64,000 bases of DNA from Basidiobolus meristosporus CBS 931.73. Taxonomy: Eukaryota > Fungi > Basidiobolomycota. Shown here in pieces: positions 22,891-34,150 of this stretch; within the stretch, counting starts at the first letter, position 1; every line of letters begins with the position of its first letter. The notes beneath the pieces are model-generated. The model worked only from the letters and a program-made list of their open reading frames with translations, searched no databases and was not told where the DNA came from. The position numbers and the translations under genes were made by a program. The stretch lies in contig MCFE01000035.1 in assembly GCA_002104905.1 (NCBI GenBank), positions 62,001 through 126,000 of the forward strand, given 5' to 3'.

Positions 22891-24090
22891 TTGATATGTC
22901 TTCTCTGTTACATTAATGGAGATGGGCTCAAAATCCATCAGTGAACCTTCTTCATCAGAGCTATCACTCTGTGTGCCATATTCAGATAGCTGAGATGAGC
23001 CTAAAGGCATCACAAACTCACCTGACTCAGTTTGTGCAAGGTGACATAGACAGCCAGGTGCCAATATGGAAGTATCAACTGGCCGGCAAGATGATGTTGG
23101 TACAGTAGTGACCAATGAATGGTCAAGTATGACTTGGGTGGCAAAACACTGGCCGTGATCCTTGTAATACTTCCTATGCTGTCTGTGTGCTTCATGGCTG
23201 AGAGGCTTGCCACAATAGCCACATGGTCTTTTTTCTCTTCTCTTATGGTGTTAAGTCAAAGTAGTCTTGTCCATGGAGCAAACAGTTTGACCTTCCACGA
23301 CTTAACGCTATTATATCACTTTTTAGTCAATACTCATGTGAACTTAAGACAGTCTTGTATTTGAGGCATTGCACCTATATGAATGTAAGATTCAATGATG
23401 ACCAGCCATAGTAAGCATTATAAATAAAGTTGTGGCACTACATTCACATGTAAATGTAACACTATTTCCTCTGCAGTTTGACTCACTTCCATATATATGC
23501 CACCAAAAAATAAAGCAACGTTGTCTGGTTCTCAACCAAACCCCACCACTGATAGTAACAGAAGAACAGTTAGACAACAGCTTGCTTTGACATTCAATGC
23601 AACAAGCAGGACTACATCCAAAAAAGGCCCTGTGGACAGTGTGCCCATTGAAGTTAATAATGCGGACTTCTCAGGCTCTCAGTCAAGTAGGCAATTGAGA
23701 ACCTCTGTGGAGCCACAAGCTGACCATTATGCTCAGGCAGATGAGAAAGTAGCAAACACAGTACCCTCATTTGAAGATCAGCAAGTGTCCATGATAACAT
23801 CACCACCACCCATATTAGCAAGTATGTTGTCAGCTCATACTAAAGTATTAATGAACCAATTAGGTGCAGTGGCTGATAGAATAGATGCAATGGCCCAGAG
23901 AAATCAGGAAGTAGTTCAGAAACAGGATGAGCAGATAATATGTGTAGAGCAATCAATATCCCAGGTAGATAAAGCAGTATCTTTGCTGCAAAGAAGGAAC
24001 TCAGGTAGCTCAATGTCACAGACAAGAATTGAGCCATATCCCAATGTGACAGCAGAGGAACACCATACAGTCTTTGAAGCACAACAATAG
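22870..24090. mobile_element. Decayed CACTA-like copy 3: transposase N-terminus on minus (~22870-23400) and ORF2 on plus
   Basis: Homologous to 6000-7000 and 19100-19900. The minus strand encodes CGYCGKPLSHEAHRQHRK and an acidic SDSSDEEG segment. Confidence 0.7.
23497..24090 (+). CDS. Transposon ORF2 fragment (197 aa, low-complexity N-half, predicted coiled-coil C-half)
   Basis: The ORF recurs in 4 copies (6000-6760 minus, 19638, 23497, ~30760), always divergent from the Tnp2 gene where that is present. Confidence 0.6.
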   Translation: MPPKNKATLSGSQPNPTTDSNRRTVRQQLALTFNATSRTTSKKGPVDSVPIEVNNADFSGSQSSRQLRTSVEPQADHYAQADEKVANTVPSFEDQQVSMITSPPPILASMLSAHTKVLMNQLGAVADRIDAMAQRNQEVVQKQDEQIICVEQSISQVDKAVSLLQRRNSGSSMSQTRIEPYPNVTAEEHHTVFEAQQ

Positions 24091-24699
24091 TGCCCAAAGA
24101 TAACACCCACATAAAATCTATCACACCGTTGTGGTGGTGTATAGGTCCAAGGGAGAGATACGTCCAACACTTCTCAAGTGTTTTGTGTGTGGGGTGTTCA
24201 CTGGGTGCAATAACCTCTGGCAAAAGCTTGCTAGGAATACTTGGGTTCTGTCTCCAATCTAATGTGAAGGGGTATAAAGCCACAAGCTTGTCAAGGGAAA
24301 ACTATTGAGCTACAATCCCCAACTAAGTTGGCGTCTTAACAAAAGTATGTGCTGGGTTCAGGGTCCTTTGAGATGACAATGTACTAAAGCTTCCAAAGTC
24401 AAAACAACTGTAAACTCCACCAGCAGGGACTTGATAAGAATGCAGCTGTGGTCAATAGTTACAAAGACAGAAAAGTATCTCTGCCTGTACAAGAACAAAC
24501 TTGGGAAAGGATCAAATATAATAAAAGATACCTACTCTGAGTATTCCTCACAAGTAGTGCCTCCAAGGTCAGTTGGCTGTCAGTGCGGTTTCCTAGGAGT
24601 GTCCAGTGGTCTGGGGTTGGAAGTTCAGGTAGCAGCAGGTAGCAGTGATCACACTAATCAACAAGTTGGAATATTGACAAAAGGGATGATGATTTATTG

Positions 24700-25200
24700 T
24701 TGAGAGATAGCTTCCCTTATATGCTTTTCTTACTAGCTAAGTGATTACTAATCATGGTGTTCCTGAAGGTTCCAGATACCAGAAGAAATATTAATGACCT
24801 CAGAATGACCTAAGAATGTTCTAAGTAGGTGCTGGAAGGTTCTAAGAGGCACAGCACATCCAACCAATCAGGAACCAGTGCTCTGAAACCTGCATATCAT
24901 AGGGGTACCATATATGGTATGGAAATGGTAGGGATGGTGACAGGGGTTGATCATGTGTGACAGGTACTGGTGCAGGTACTTGCCTAATATAGAAGCACTT
25001 CTAGCTAGTAATCTTACATAAAGTGAGGGATAACTTATGCAATAAGGTAAGCAGGGGTGATAGTCAACTGGCTTATGGGATAGTACTGATCAGGTAAGAC
25101 AAATGGGATAAAACTAAAATAAGTGTAGTAGAGATATAGGGAAGTAGAAAATATGGGAATGAGCACATCTGTCAGTGGGTGTCACTGTCACCCTACTACA
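24700..25200. repeat. Possible LTR-derived segment
   Basis: GAAGGTTCCAGA/GAAGGTTCTAAG and GGTACCATATATGGTA motifs resemble the solo LTR at 15780-15940. Boundaries not resolved. Confidence 0.3.
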
Positions 25201-26242
25201 ATGGTGTCCTGGCAAGATCAGTACCTCTTAGTCATGGGACATTACCTCTGTGACAGCCTTTTGATGGGATCATCTTAATAATTTTTCATAGGGACTTTAT
25301 TGATGAGTGGAAAGAAATAACTTGCAAGGATGTGAGTTATTGAAGACCTGATACTATTAATGAGGCCATCAAGATTTTCATTGACTATAACTTCACCATG
25401 TTTGGAGTTGGAAAGTCTACATTAGACTTGTTCCATTGTACCGTGCCAGGGCGCGCGGCACAATCCGCAGTTGTAAAGAACAATCGGGCGCAATATTATA
25501 GACTTGTTCCATCGTACCATGCCAGGGCGCGCGGCATGACCCGCGGTTGTAAAGAACAATTGGGCGCGATATTATAACTACCAGAAGGCAGGATTGTTCT
25601 TGGACAATTTTGCACTATGCAGGACGATCTTGCACACTATGGCACAATCTGACACAATGAGGTTGGCACAGATGATTGCACTAACTTGTAATGTTTGCAT
25701 CACGTGCGCAATCAGATACCGCTATAATGGCAGGTAAAATCTGGTATTTGGATATGTTTCTTTAATGTAAATGGAAATAAATGTGTATCACACTATAATC
25801 TACACTGATACTTACCATTTTGGTTACCCTCACTCCAATTGGATGGTATCTCAGTGGTTAATTGGTCCAAATGTATCCTGAAGCTGGCAGCCCCCAATTG
25901 GCTCATTGACTACTGAAAAAGCCACCTGATTCACCATCAAATATCCCATTTTGCCCATTGAGCAAGTAAATCCTTGATCCTAGTGATTGGACAAGGTGTC
26001 ATGGTTAGCACACAAGCAATCATGTAGGTGCAAAACAGATCCAATAGCTGCACTGGTATTACAGATGACGTATATATATGCAGGGTGCTTATTTATAGGG
26101 GTTCTGTCTCAAATGTGAGACAACCTTGATATTACTTATATCAAAAATCTGATGATCACTAATTTGCAATGGCTCAATTTGGATTGCAAAAAAAAAGGGT
26201 TGTCCAGATTATTACAAATGTGAGCAATTCAAAGCGATCCCA

Positions 26243-27474
26243 TCATCTTCTCCTGGGTTTTTTTCTCACAGGGATTACTACTGAAGCATTTGGTAGTGAC
26301 TCACTTTGCACACCTATACTACTTCCTGGCTGACTATCATCTTGGCTACTTGCATATTTGTAGTCAGTATTTTGCCTCCTAGTTGATGAGTGCAATGCTG
26401 CAGCTTGGCCGCGCTGAATTACTCCAACTGAACCAACTGAACTGGCCTGTAGTGCCACGCTCTGACGCGTTCTTTTACTTGCCAAGGGCTCTGGTGGTTG
26501 AGGCACTTCATGTTGGTCATCATCAGTCAGTTCACCAGAAGTAACTCACTGATGGTCAGGCAAAACGGCACGTGCAGGCGCGCCTTGACGCGTTGAGATG
26601 GCCCTTGGCTAAGTTTGATGTGATGCCGCTTGTTGACGTGACTTGGTCCGCTCCAATGGACTTGTGTCTAAATGAGCAGTTTGGCAAGTTCTTGTAGTTT
26701 TGCTCTGAAGCATGCGCGTTGACTTGACTTGGGGCGTTCTGGTAAAGGGTGTTGGCGTGGTCTGGACTGACATGCGCCGGCGCGCTGTGGTTGCAAGAGA
26801 TGGTAGGGAATCCCGTGAGGCGTGCTGGCGCGATCTGGATGATGTTGCTCGCAGTCTGTATTCTTCCTCCTGAAGCTCACCATCTGATTCCTCAAGGTAT
26901 TCACTTACCCTCTGTCTGATACTTTGGAGCTGTTGCCTGGATGAGTCCTGTGTATATTGCTCTTGGAAGCCACTTAGCTCTACTAACATATCATGTAGTA
27001 CATTAGTCATTTGAGGCAAAAACTCATTCAAATCTCTTTGGTTCCCAAAGTTGAGGCACAAACGGACACGTCCGGCCCGTACTGTGCAAATTGCGCGCAA
27101 AATTGTTCCCGCGCGGCTTCTTTGTCAAGTCCCCTCACTCTCAGCTCATTCTTGATTTCAATACTTGTCTTGTTATATATCTTTTTACATACATTGGCTG
27201 GCATCTTGATGTAGAACTCATGCCACAGCTTTCTACTCAAATTCTTCCATCTTTGTCAACTCTCTGAGGTATCTAGTTCTGCTAGATTAATCAGTAGTGC
27301 CCAAATATCTGTATGAAGGCTCATCATAGACACTTGGGCCATACTAAAATCATTTGGCAAGAATTTGAACAGATCTGACATAGACTTCTCCGGTCCGGAC
27401 CACGCTTGTGAGCTGGGGGATGGGTTTTGTCTGGGTTGTACTAAAGATGAGTTGAGGCTTGGTATGGGGATCAT
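26243..27474 (-). pseudogene. Second gene of the Pangu-type element; probable Myb/SANT-like DNA-binding protein with a disordered C-half (3 in-frame stops and one frameshift or intron)
   Basis: ORF pieces 27256-27474, 27028-27240, 26609-27100 and 26243-26506 are colinear in copies A and C. IWALL...SES(R)QRWKNLSRK resembles the SANT/MADF recognition helix. Confidence 0.6.
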
Positions 27475-27791
27475 AGTAACAGATTTGGATACTTATACAG
27501 CTGTATATTGGCATCAACCTGGTCTTATATGAAATATATATGAAAACTAATGTGATTGTTGAATTTTCCATATATTATGCATGATGCATCTTGGATTGCG
27601 TTGACACGGATCAGATCATATCAATTGCAGATTTCCTATTTGATTATAGACCTATGATTAAAGCATCAATAGAAGTACCAAGGCATTGTTTGCGGATGAT
27701 TTTTGCGACATAATGATGGGATACATGGCAATTGATGGAGATTTAACCATAATGTGTTAAAAATCAGATAAATAACGCGGATCGTGCCAAA

Positions 27792-28718
27792 TTGATTCAA
27801 ATTGCCTCCATACAATCATCCATCAATTTTAATATTACTTACTCATCTGAATGGTCTTTTCTCATCAATCCCATCACTACCACTGGATTTCCTTTTGATA
27901 CACTGGAGGAGATCTATACCAAGTACTGTGGACCATCAACCCCAATCTACTCAGGGAGATCCCTTGTTAAGCTTCTCTGCTATTACAAGAACTATTGCCC
28001 TACAAGGTTTCATCCCACCATCCATGGCAACAAAAGTCCTAGAAGCTTACATTCCCAGCTGACAGCAATGGAGAACCACCTTGCAGAGGGTATGAATGAC
28101 TTAGAGCAAGCTTGGATTACTAGGTTCAGAAGCTCCAATAGACTTCCATATCCCAGAGTGTTCAGCAACAGGTTCCATATCAGGAGTATTTTGGATACCT
28201 TCCCAGTTAGGATTAACAGACCTTCTAGAGGGCAGAGGCACTTTTATTCTGGCAAGTACAAGGCACACTGTGTGAAGTTTCAAGCACTGTCTGACATTGA
28301 GGGTAACATCATCTGGTTTAGTGGGCCATTTGCTGGAAGTAGGCATGACAAAGCACTCTGGGTAGAGAATCATCCTAAATTCAGTAGAGGGGAGAAATGT
28401 ATGGCAGACTTAGCCTATATAGGAGAGGATTGTCATAGATTAGGATGTATTACAGCTTATAGGAAGCCAAGGAATGGTGTGCTTAGCAGGAAGCAGAAGC
28501 TCTACAATGAGATATTTAATCATTTCAGAGTGAGGGTAGAGCACACATTTGGATATCTGAAGAGATTCAGCATATTGGCAGGTAAATACAGAGGAAAGTT
28601 ATATATAAGAGAAAACAGCAGAATAGGTAAAATAGTTAAGATACTTATTAATGGACAGTATGCTCATACAAGAAGACATCCACTGAGAGAAATGTGTCTG
28701 GAGCATTACGAAGAGTAA
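27792..28718 (+). CDS. DDE_Tnp_4-like (Harbinger/PHIS) transposase, 308 aa open frame; true start codon unresolved
   Basis: LDTFP (D1), YSGKYKAHCVKFQ, GPFAGSRHD, MADLAY (D2) and RVRVEHTFGYLK (E). The catalytic triad appears intact. Confidence 0.9.
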   Translation: MIQIASIQSSINFNITYSSEWSFLINPITTTGFPFDTLEEIYTKYCGPSTPIYSGRSLVKLLCYYKNYCPTRFHPTIHGNKSPRSLHSQLTAMENHLAEGMNDLEQAWITRFRSSNRLPYPRVFSNRFHIRSILDTFPVRINRPSRGQRHFYSGKYKAHCVKFQALSDIEGNIIWFSGPFAGSRHDKALWVENHPKFSRGEKCMADLAYIGEDCHRLGCITAYRKPRNGVLSRKQKLYNEIFNHFRVRVEHTFGYLKRFSILAGKYRGKLYIRENSRIGKIVKILINGQYAHTRRHPLREMCLEHYEE

Positions 28719-29429
28719 ATAAAGCAAGGAAAGCACTATTCTGAGCAACATAAGTAAGATTGAGTAAAATTACCAGTAACTGTATCATACCACTGGCATC
28801 ATGGTAGAAATTATAGTGCCAGATAGTGCCGTAGAGTGCCAGATCAATCCGGCACTATAAACAGGCTGGCACTATGTGGCACTATCCAACGGAACAAGTC
28901 TATTGACTAATCAGAGAAGCTACAATTGCTAGGAAAGAAGACAATAAGAAGCAGTGCAAATGGATATAGATGCTTTACAGAGAAACAGCTGATGGGAATT
29001 CTCACATAATTAGCTGTATTACTCAGCCAGTAAGAGTGAAGATTGATGACTATGTAGAAGACCTATAGGCTAACAAATTTGGAAACTGCAAATTGGACCT
29101 GGAACTTGGCAAAACATGGCTATTCAACTGTAATCCATCAATCAAGTGGAGAACCCATGCCACTTGGGTCCAAAAAGGCAACCAGACCTAGGAGCTACAA
29201 CCTGCCAGACTGGACTTCAACTTGGTCAGTTCCATTGTGTTGGACATAAGCAATCTTAGCAAGACACAGTTGTGTAGAACACTTAGGAATGGTATACAGA
29301 TGTTTCTCATGGTGGTATTACAGGATAATTCCCCTACCCCAGTTCCCCAGATATTTAGGACTCTTTTTACCCTATGAAAAATAATTTGGTCCCTGGGGTG
29401 GATCCAATCCAGGTCAGCTGTCAAGATCC

Positions 29430-30720
29430 CATCAGGAGACCACTATAATACCAGCAGGTTGGAATTAATGACCATCTACGCAATCTTATGATGGGGTCAC
29501 AATAGTGTTGGGCTAATTTTACAGCAAAATAAAATTGAAGAATATAAGGGTGTTTGTAAAATATTTTGCCAAGGGTGGGAAGACTTTATAGTGTTTTAGT
29601 GCACTCACAATGATGTGAGTGGATCTAACCTGTCAGTACATCCAATTTCCTTATATGGGAAAAAACATAAAATGTTTTGAAAACCTCTTTGCAAGCCTCT
29701 GATGGCATAATCATGGCAGTATGGTGGCCTACAGCTAGTTCTGTATAATGCTACTGTACCAATTTACCAAATTTTATTTTCTTTTTCTACCTTTCCTGCG
29801 TAATTTATATATTCCACTATAATATCATCCCTCTTTGTTTGCTTACCCGCAACAACCTTGGGTATTCCACATGTAGTTTGAATCAAAGAATACTATGGGA
29901 TCCTGCTTACTAACTACTGCAAATGTACACAACTGCTGCAATTGACATACTTTTATGACATTAACTTTACTGCTTTTTAGTGTGACACTTGCAAAGTTGC
30001 CATATACCTTGTATAGCTGGTTAAATATACATTGTGCAAACATATGCTTGGTTGCCACCACTTCTGCCATGAATACCACTTGATTATCCACTGTGGTAGT
30101 GTATAGGTCCAAGAGAAAAATACGTCCAGCACTTCTCAAGTGTTTTGTGTGTAGGTGTTAACTGAGTTATGGTTTATTTTATCACTTCTCATAATCTATT
30201 TTTAGCTGTCACACCTGATCAGTTTTCAAGTGGTCATTACATCCTCAACTGTTCTGCTAAGCCTTTCCAGAGGATTAGTCATCTGAGATCTATCCAACCA
30301 ATTGATAGTTGCCAAGACATCAACTGATTAATGATGCAATTTTTTATTTATCTTATGCGCCTATCAACACCCCAACAGATTTCAATTTGTCCAGTCTCTT
30401 GGCACTTACTAATCCAACTCAATCAGAAAAGTATAAATAAAGTTTACTGAACCTTATGGTTTAATGTGTGTCTCAATAAAATTATGATTGTGCCTCAGCA
30501 AGAGTAAGAATTCACAATTCCATTTTAGTTTCCTCTCAGGCCTAGCATATCTAGCATTCCCAAGAACACCAAGCCTAGCCAGTATAGAAAACCAACTCTG
30601 TTGCCTTTATAGCCCAACTCAACTATATACTAAACCAATATTGGACCAGAACTTCACTACTAATATTTCTGTCACCCTTGCCAATTCTAAGATTCTGCAC
30701 TTAGTTGTCACTTAGGTCCA
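29430..30720. repeat. Unclassified dispersed repeat, second copy (related to 8720-9552 and 24100-24200)
   Basis: GTGTATAGGTCCAAG.GA.A.ATACGTCCA.CACTTCTCAAGTGTTTTGTGTGT occurs at 24136 and 30099. Other matches to 8720-9552. Confidence 0.65.
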
Positions 30721-30759
30721 GTTAACTCATTCATGAGTTTTATTACACATTTCTCTTGG

Positions 30760-31830
30760 ATACAACAGTCTAATTTCCAACCAAACTCCACTGCTGATAG
30801 CAGCAGAAGAACAGCTGGACAACAGCTTGCATTGACATTCAGAGCTACAAGCAGGGCTACAGCCAAAAAAGACCCTGTGGACAGTGTGCCCACTGAAGGT
30901 AATAATGCAGAATCCTCAGGCTCTCAGTCAAGTAGGCAACTGGGAATCTCTGCAGAGCTGCAATCTGACCATAATGCTGTGGTAGATGAGAATGCAGCAA
31001 CTGCAGTATCTTGAGCTGAGGACCAGCAAGTGGCTATCATGACATCACCACCACCTGTATTAGCAAGTAGGTTGTCAGCTCATACCAAAGCACTACTGAG
31101 GCAATTAGGTGCAGTGGCTGAAAGGATAGATGCAATAGCTTGGAGAAATCAGGAAATAGCCCAGAAACAGGATGAGCAAACAAAAGGTGTAGAGCAATCA
31201 ATATCCCAGGTAGAGAATACCATATCTTTGCAGCAACAAAGGCATTCAAGCAGCTCAATGTTCCAGCTAAGAACTAATCCATCTCCCAATGTAACAGCTG
31301 AGGAGCTCCTACAGTCTTCAAAGCAAAACAACAGAGCCAAAAGATAAAGCCCACAGAAAAGCATATTACAGCATGGGAGGGAGACAATGTGATGTTTATA
31401 CCAAAGCCTAAAAATCAAAAGACATTGAAGTTCCATGAAGCTGTTGAATGCAATGATGAAGAGTGGGCTAACATTCAAGAGGCTATTAGAAGTCTAGCTT
31501 GCCAACAACTTAAGGCTGGCATACCATGGGACCATCAGGAACTTAAGACTAAGCTGAATATATTTTACTTGCTCCATGAGCATTATTCTGGATTCACAGA
31601 AGCAAACAGATTTGGGCCAGCATTGGTATGCTAAGAAAGTATCTCAAGAAGAGTAGAAACTGTTAACAGCAGAAGAACAAGGGTGCAATGGCTAAAAACT
31701 AGCAGCTTCCTTAAGAGCCCATTAAAAGCAGGGCCAAAAGCTCCAGACAAGCATCAAAGTGACATCAGGTAGCTGGAAGAGTGCCACTAGGGGGAAAAGC
31801 AGGCATATATAGATGCACCAGCATGTTATC
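30760..31830 (+). mobile_element. CACTA-like ORF2, copy 4 (uninterrupted across the site occupied by Ty3 element 1 in copy 1)
   Basis: ORFs 30733-31014, 31030-31347 and 31389-31634 are homologous to 23497-24090 and 5840-6760. Confidence 0.7.
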
Positions 31831-33600
31831 ATCCCTCAGCTCACCAGAAGAAACTTGCTGGTGGTCAGGTGTAATGGCACATGCAGGTGCAACTCAATGC
31901 GCTGGCATGGCCCTTGGCTGAGTTGAATATGATGCTGCTTGTTGATGCAACTTGGCCTTCTCTAATGGACTTGTGTCTAAATGAGCAGTTTGGCAAGTTC
32001 TGGTGGTTTTGCTCTGAAGTGCATGTGTTGACCTGGCATGCATTGGCGCAATGTGGAGCACTCTTGTGAAGGGTGTTAGCATAGTTTGCAATAACATGAA
32101 CTAGCATGCTGAAGTTGCTAGGGATGGTGAGGAATCCAGCAAGGAATGCTGGTGCTATCTAGATGCTGTTGCTTGTGGTCTGTATTATTCCTCTTGAAGT
32201 TCACCTTCTGATTCCTCAAGGTATTCACTTACCCTCTGTCTGATAAGTTGGAACTCTTGCCTGGATGAGTCTTGTGTATATTGCTCTCAGAAGCTACTTA
32301 GCTCTACAAATATATCATGTAATACATTAGTGATTTGAGGCAAAAATTCATTCAAAATATCTTTGGTTCCCAAAGTTGAGGCACAAATGGACATGTCTGG
32401 CCTGTGCTGTGCAAATTACATGCATAATTGTTCCACGTGGCTTCTGCATCAAATCCTCTCACCCTCAGCTCATTCCTGACTTCAATACTTGTCTTGTTTT
32501 ATATCTTCTTACATACATTTGCTGGCATCTTGATGTAGAACTCATGCCACATCTTTCTACTCAGGTTCTTCCATCTCTGTTGGCTCTCAGAGGTATCTAG
32601 TTCTGCTAGATTAATGCGTAGTGCCCAAATATCTAAATGAAGGCTCATCATAGACACTTGGGCCGTACAAAAAGTATTTGGCAAGAACTTGAATGGATCC
32701 AACATTGACTTCACTGGTCCTGACCACACTTGTGAACTGGGGGATGGGTTTTGTCTAGGCTGTACTAAAGATGAGTGGTGACTTGGTATAGGGACCATAG
32801 TGCTGGATTTGGATACTTATACAGTAGTGTATTTGCATCAACCTGGTCCTATATGAAATATATATGAAAACTAAAGTGATTGTTGAGTTTTCCATATATT
32901 TTGCATGATGCATCTTGGATTGCATTGACATGGATTGGATTCCATTAATTGCAGATTTCCTATTTGATTATAAACTTGTGAGTAAAGCATCAATAAAAAT
33001 ACAAAGTCATTGTTTGAGGATGATTTTTGCAGCATAATGATGGGATACATGACAATTGAAGGAGACTTAATTATAATGCATGGAAAACGAGATAAATACA
33101 GCTGATTGCACCAAATCAATTCAATTGACCTCAGCCCAATCACCTGACAATTTAATATGACTTACTCATCTGAATGGTCTTTTCTCATCAATCCCATCAC
33201 TACTACTGGATTTCCTTTTGACACATTAGAGGAGATCTACACCAAGTACTGTGGACAATATGCCCCAATCTACTCAAGAAGATCCCTTGTTAAGCTTCTC
33301 TATTATTACAAGAACCATTGCCTTACAAGGTTTTTTCCCACCATTCATTGTAGCAGCAGTTCTGGAAGCTTTCATTCCCAGCTGATGGCAATGGAGAACC
33401 ACCTAGCAGAGGGTATGAACGACTAAGATCAAGCTTGGAATACTAGGTTCAGAAGCTCCAGTAGACTTCCATATCCCAGAGTGTTCAGCAACAGGTTCCA
33501 TATCAGAAGTATCTTGGATGCTTTCCCAGTCAGGATTCACAGACCATCTAGAGGGCAGAGGCACTTTAATTCTGGCAAATACAAGGCACACTGAGTGAAG
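31830..33600. mobile_element. Decayed internal fragment of the Pangu-type element (copy C)
   Basis: Colinear with 26520-28280 of copy B. Confidence 0.9.
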
Positions 33601-33609
33601 TTTCTGTTG

Positions 33610-34150
33610 TCAAAATTTGGAATTTCACCTAAATATTCAACTATCTTAGTCACTTATATCATTACCATCAGATCTTAGAGAATACCAACTAAGTTCCTTG
33701 TTAGGATTTACTTGGAATAGTTTCACCAAAATATCAGGTACCCAGAACATCAATAATGTCAAAGTTGTCCAAACAGCCGCAAACTTTACACACATGCTCT
33801 TGGGACCTTTGTAAGCCTATTCTACATGCTTGTTAGGCCAAGACCATGTAAAAATTTAAATACTACATTAGACTTGTTCCACTGTGCCATTGATCATAGT
33901 GCCAGAAAGTGCTGTATATTTTGCTATTAATTTGATATTTTAGGGTCATATGCATGTCAATTATGATCCTAAATTGGCACTGTATGGCACCATCTGGCAC
34001 ACTGTGGCATGATCAGGCACCATCAGACATGCTATGGCACTATTGGGCACTATGATCAGCTGAAATGATGGAACAAGTCTATTACATTCAATCAATCATT
34101 AAGTGAAAACTACATAATTACTTGTCCTCCAATCACTTCCAAAATCTCCA
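33610..34150 (-). repeat. Unclassified repeat (inverted homolog of ~37920-38260), interrupted by the MITE
   Basis: The reverse complement matches GGTGAAAATATTCTAAGTAAATCCCAACAAGGAATTTGG at 38140 and TTTGGACAACTTTGA at 38091. Confidence 0.7.
33870..34080. mobile_element. 211-bp MITE of the Pangu-type family (copy 2)
   Basis: AGACTTGTTCC...GGAACAAGTCT with TSD ATT/ATT. Confidence 0.92.

Larger units (their letters stand above)
25424..28901. mobile_element. Structurally complete 3478-bp PHIS (PIF/Harbinger-ISL2EU-Spy) DNA transposon, Pangu-type (copy B)
   Basis: 15-bp TIRs AGACTTGTTCC(A/G)TTG, 3-bp TSD ATT confirmed by an empty homologous site, DDE_Tnp_4-like transposase, divergent second ORF and GGCACTAT subterminal repeats. 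Confidence 0.88.
25290..29440 (+). mobile_element. Ty3 gag/protease fragment (element 3: ~25290-25423 plus 28902-29440) split by the Pangu-type insertion
   Basis: The flanks join to give GGAAAGTCTACATTGACTAATC, identical to 11821-11842. Confidence 0.88.

Noticed and set aside
24430-24700. Possible LTR starting TGATAAG at ~24432
   Set aside because: No matching end, partner LTR or TSD could be identified.
25424-25576. Repeat-spacer-like pattern suggesting a CRISPR array
   Set aside because: Only two near-identical 76-bp units with no unique spacers, in a eukaryotic transposon end.
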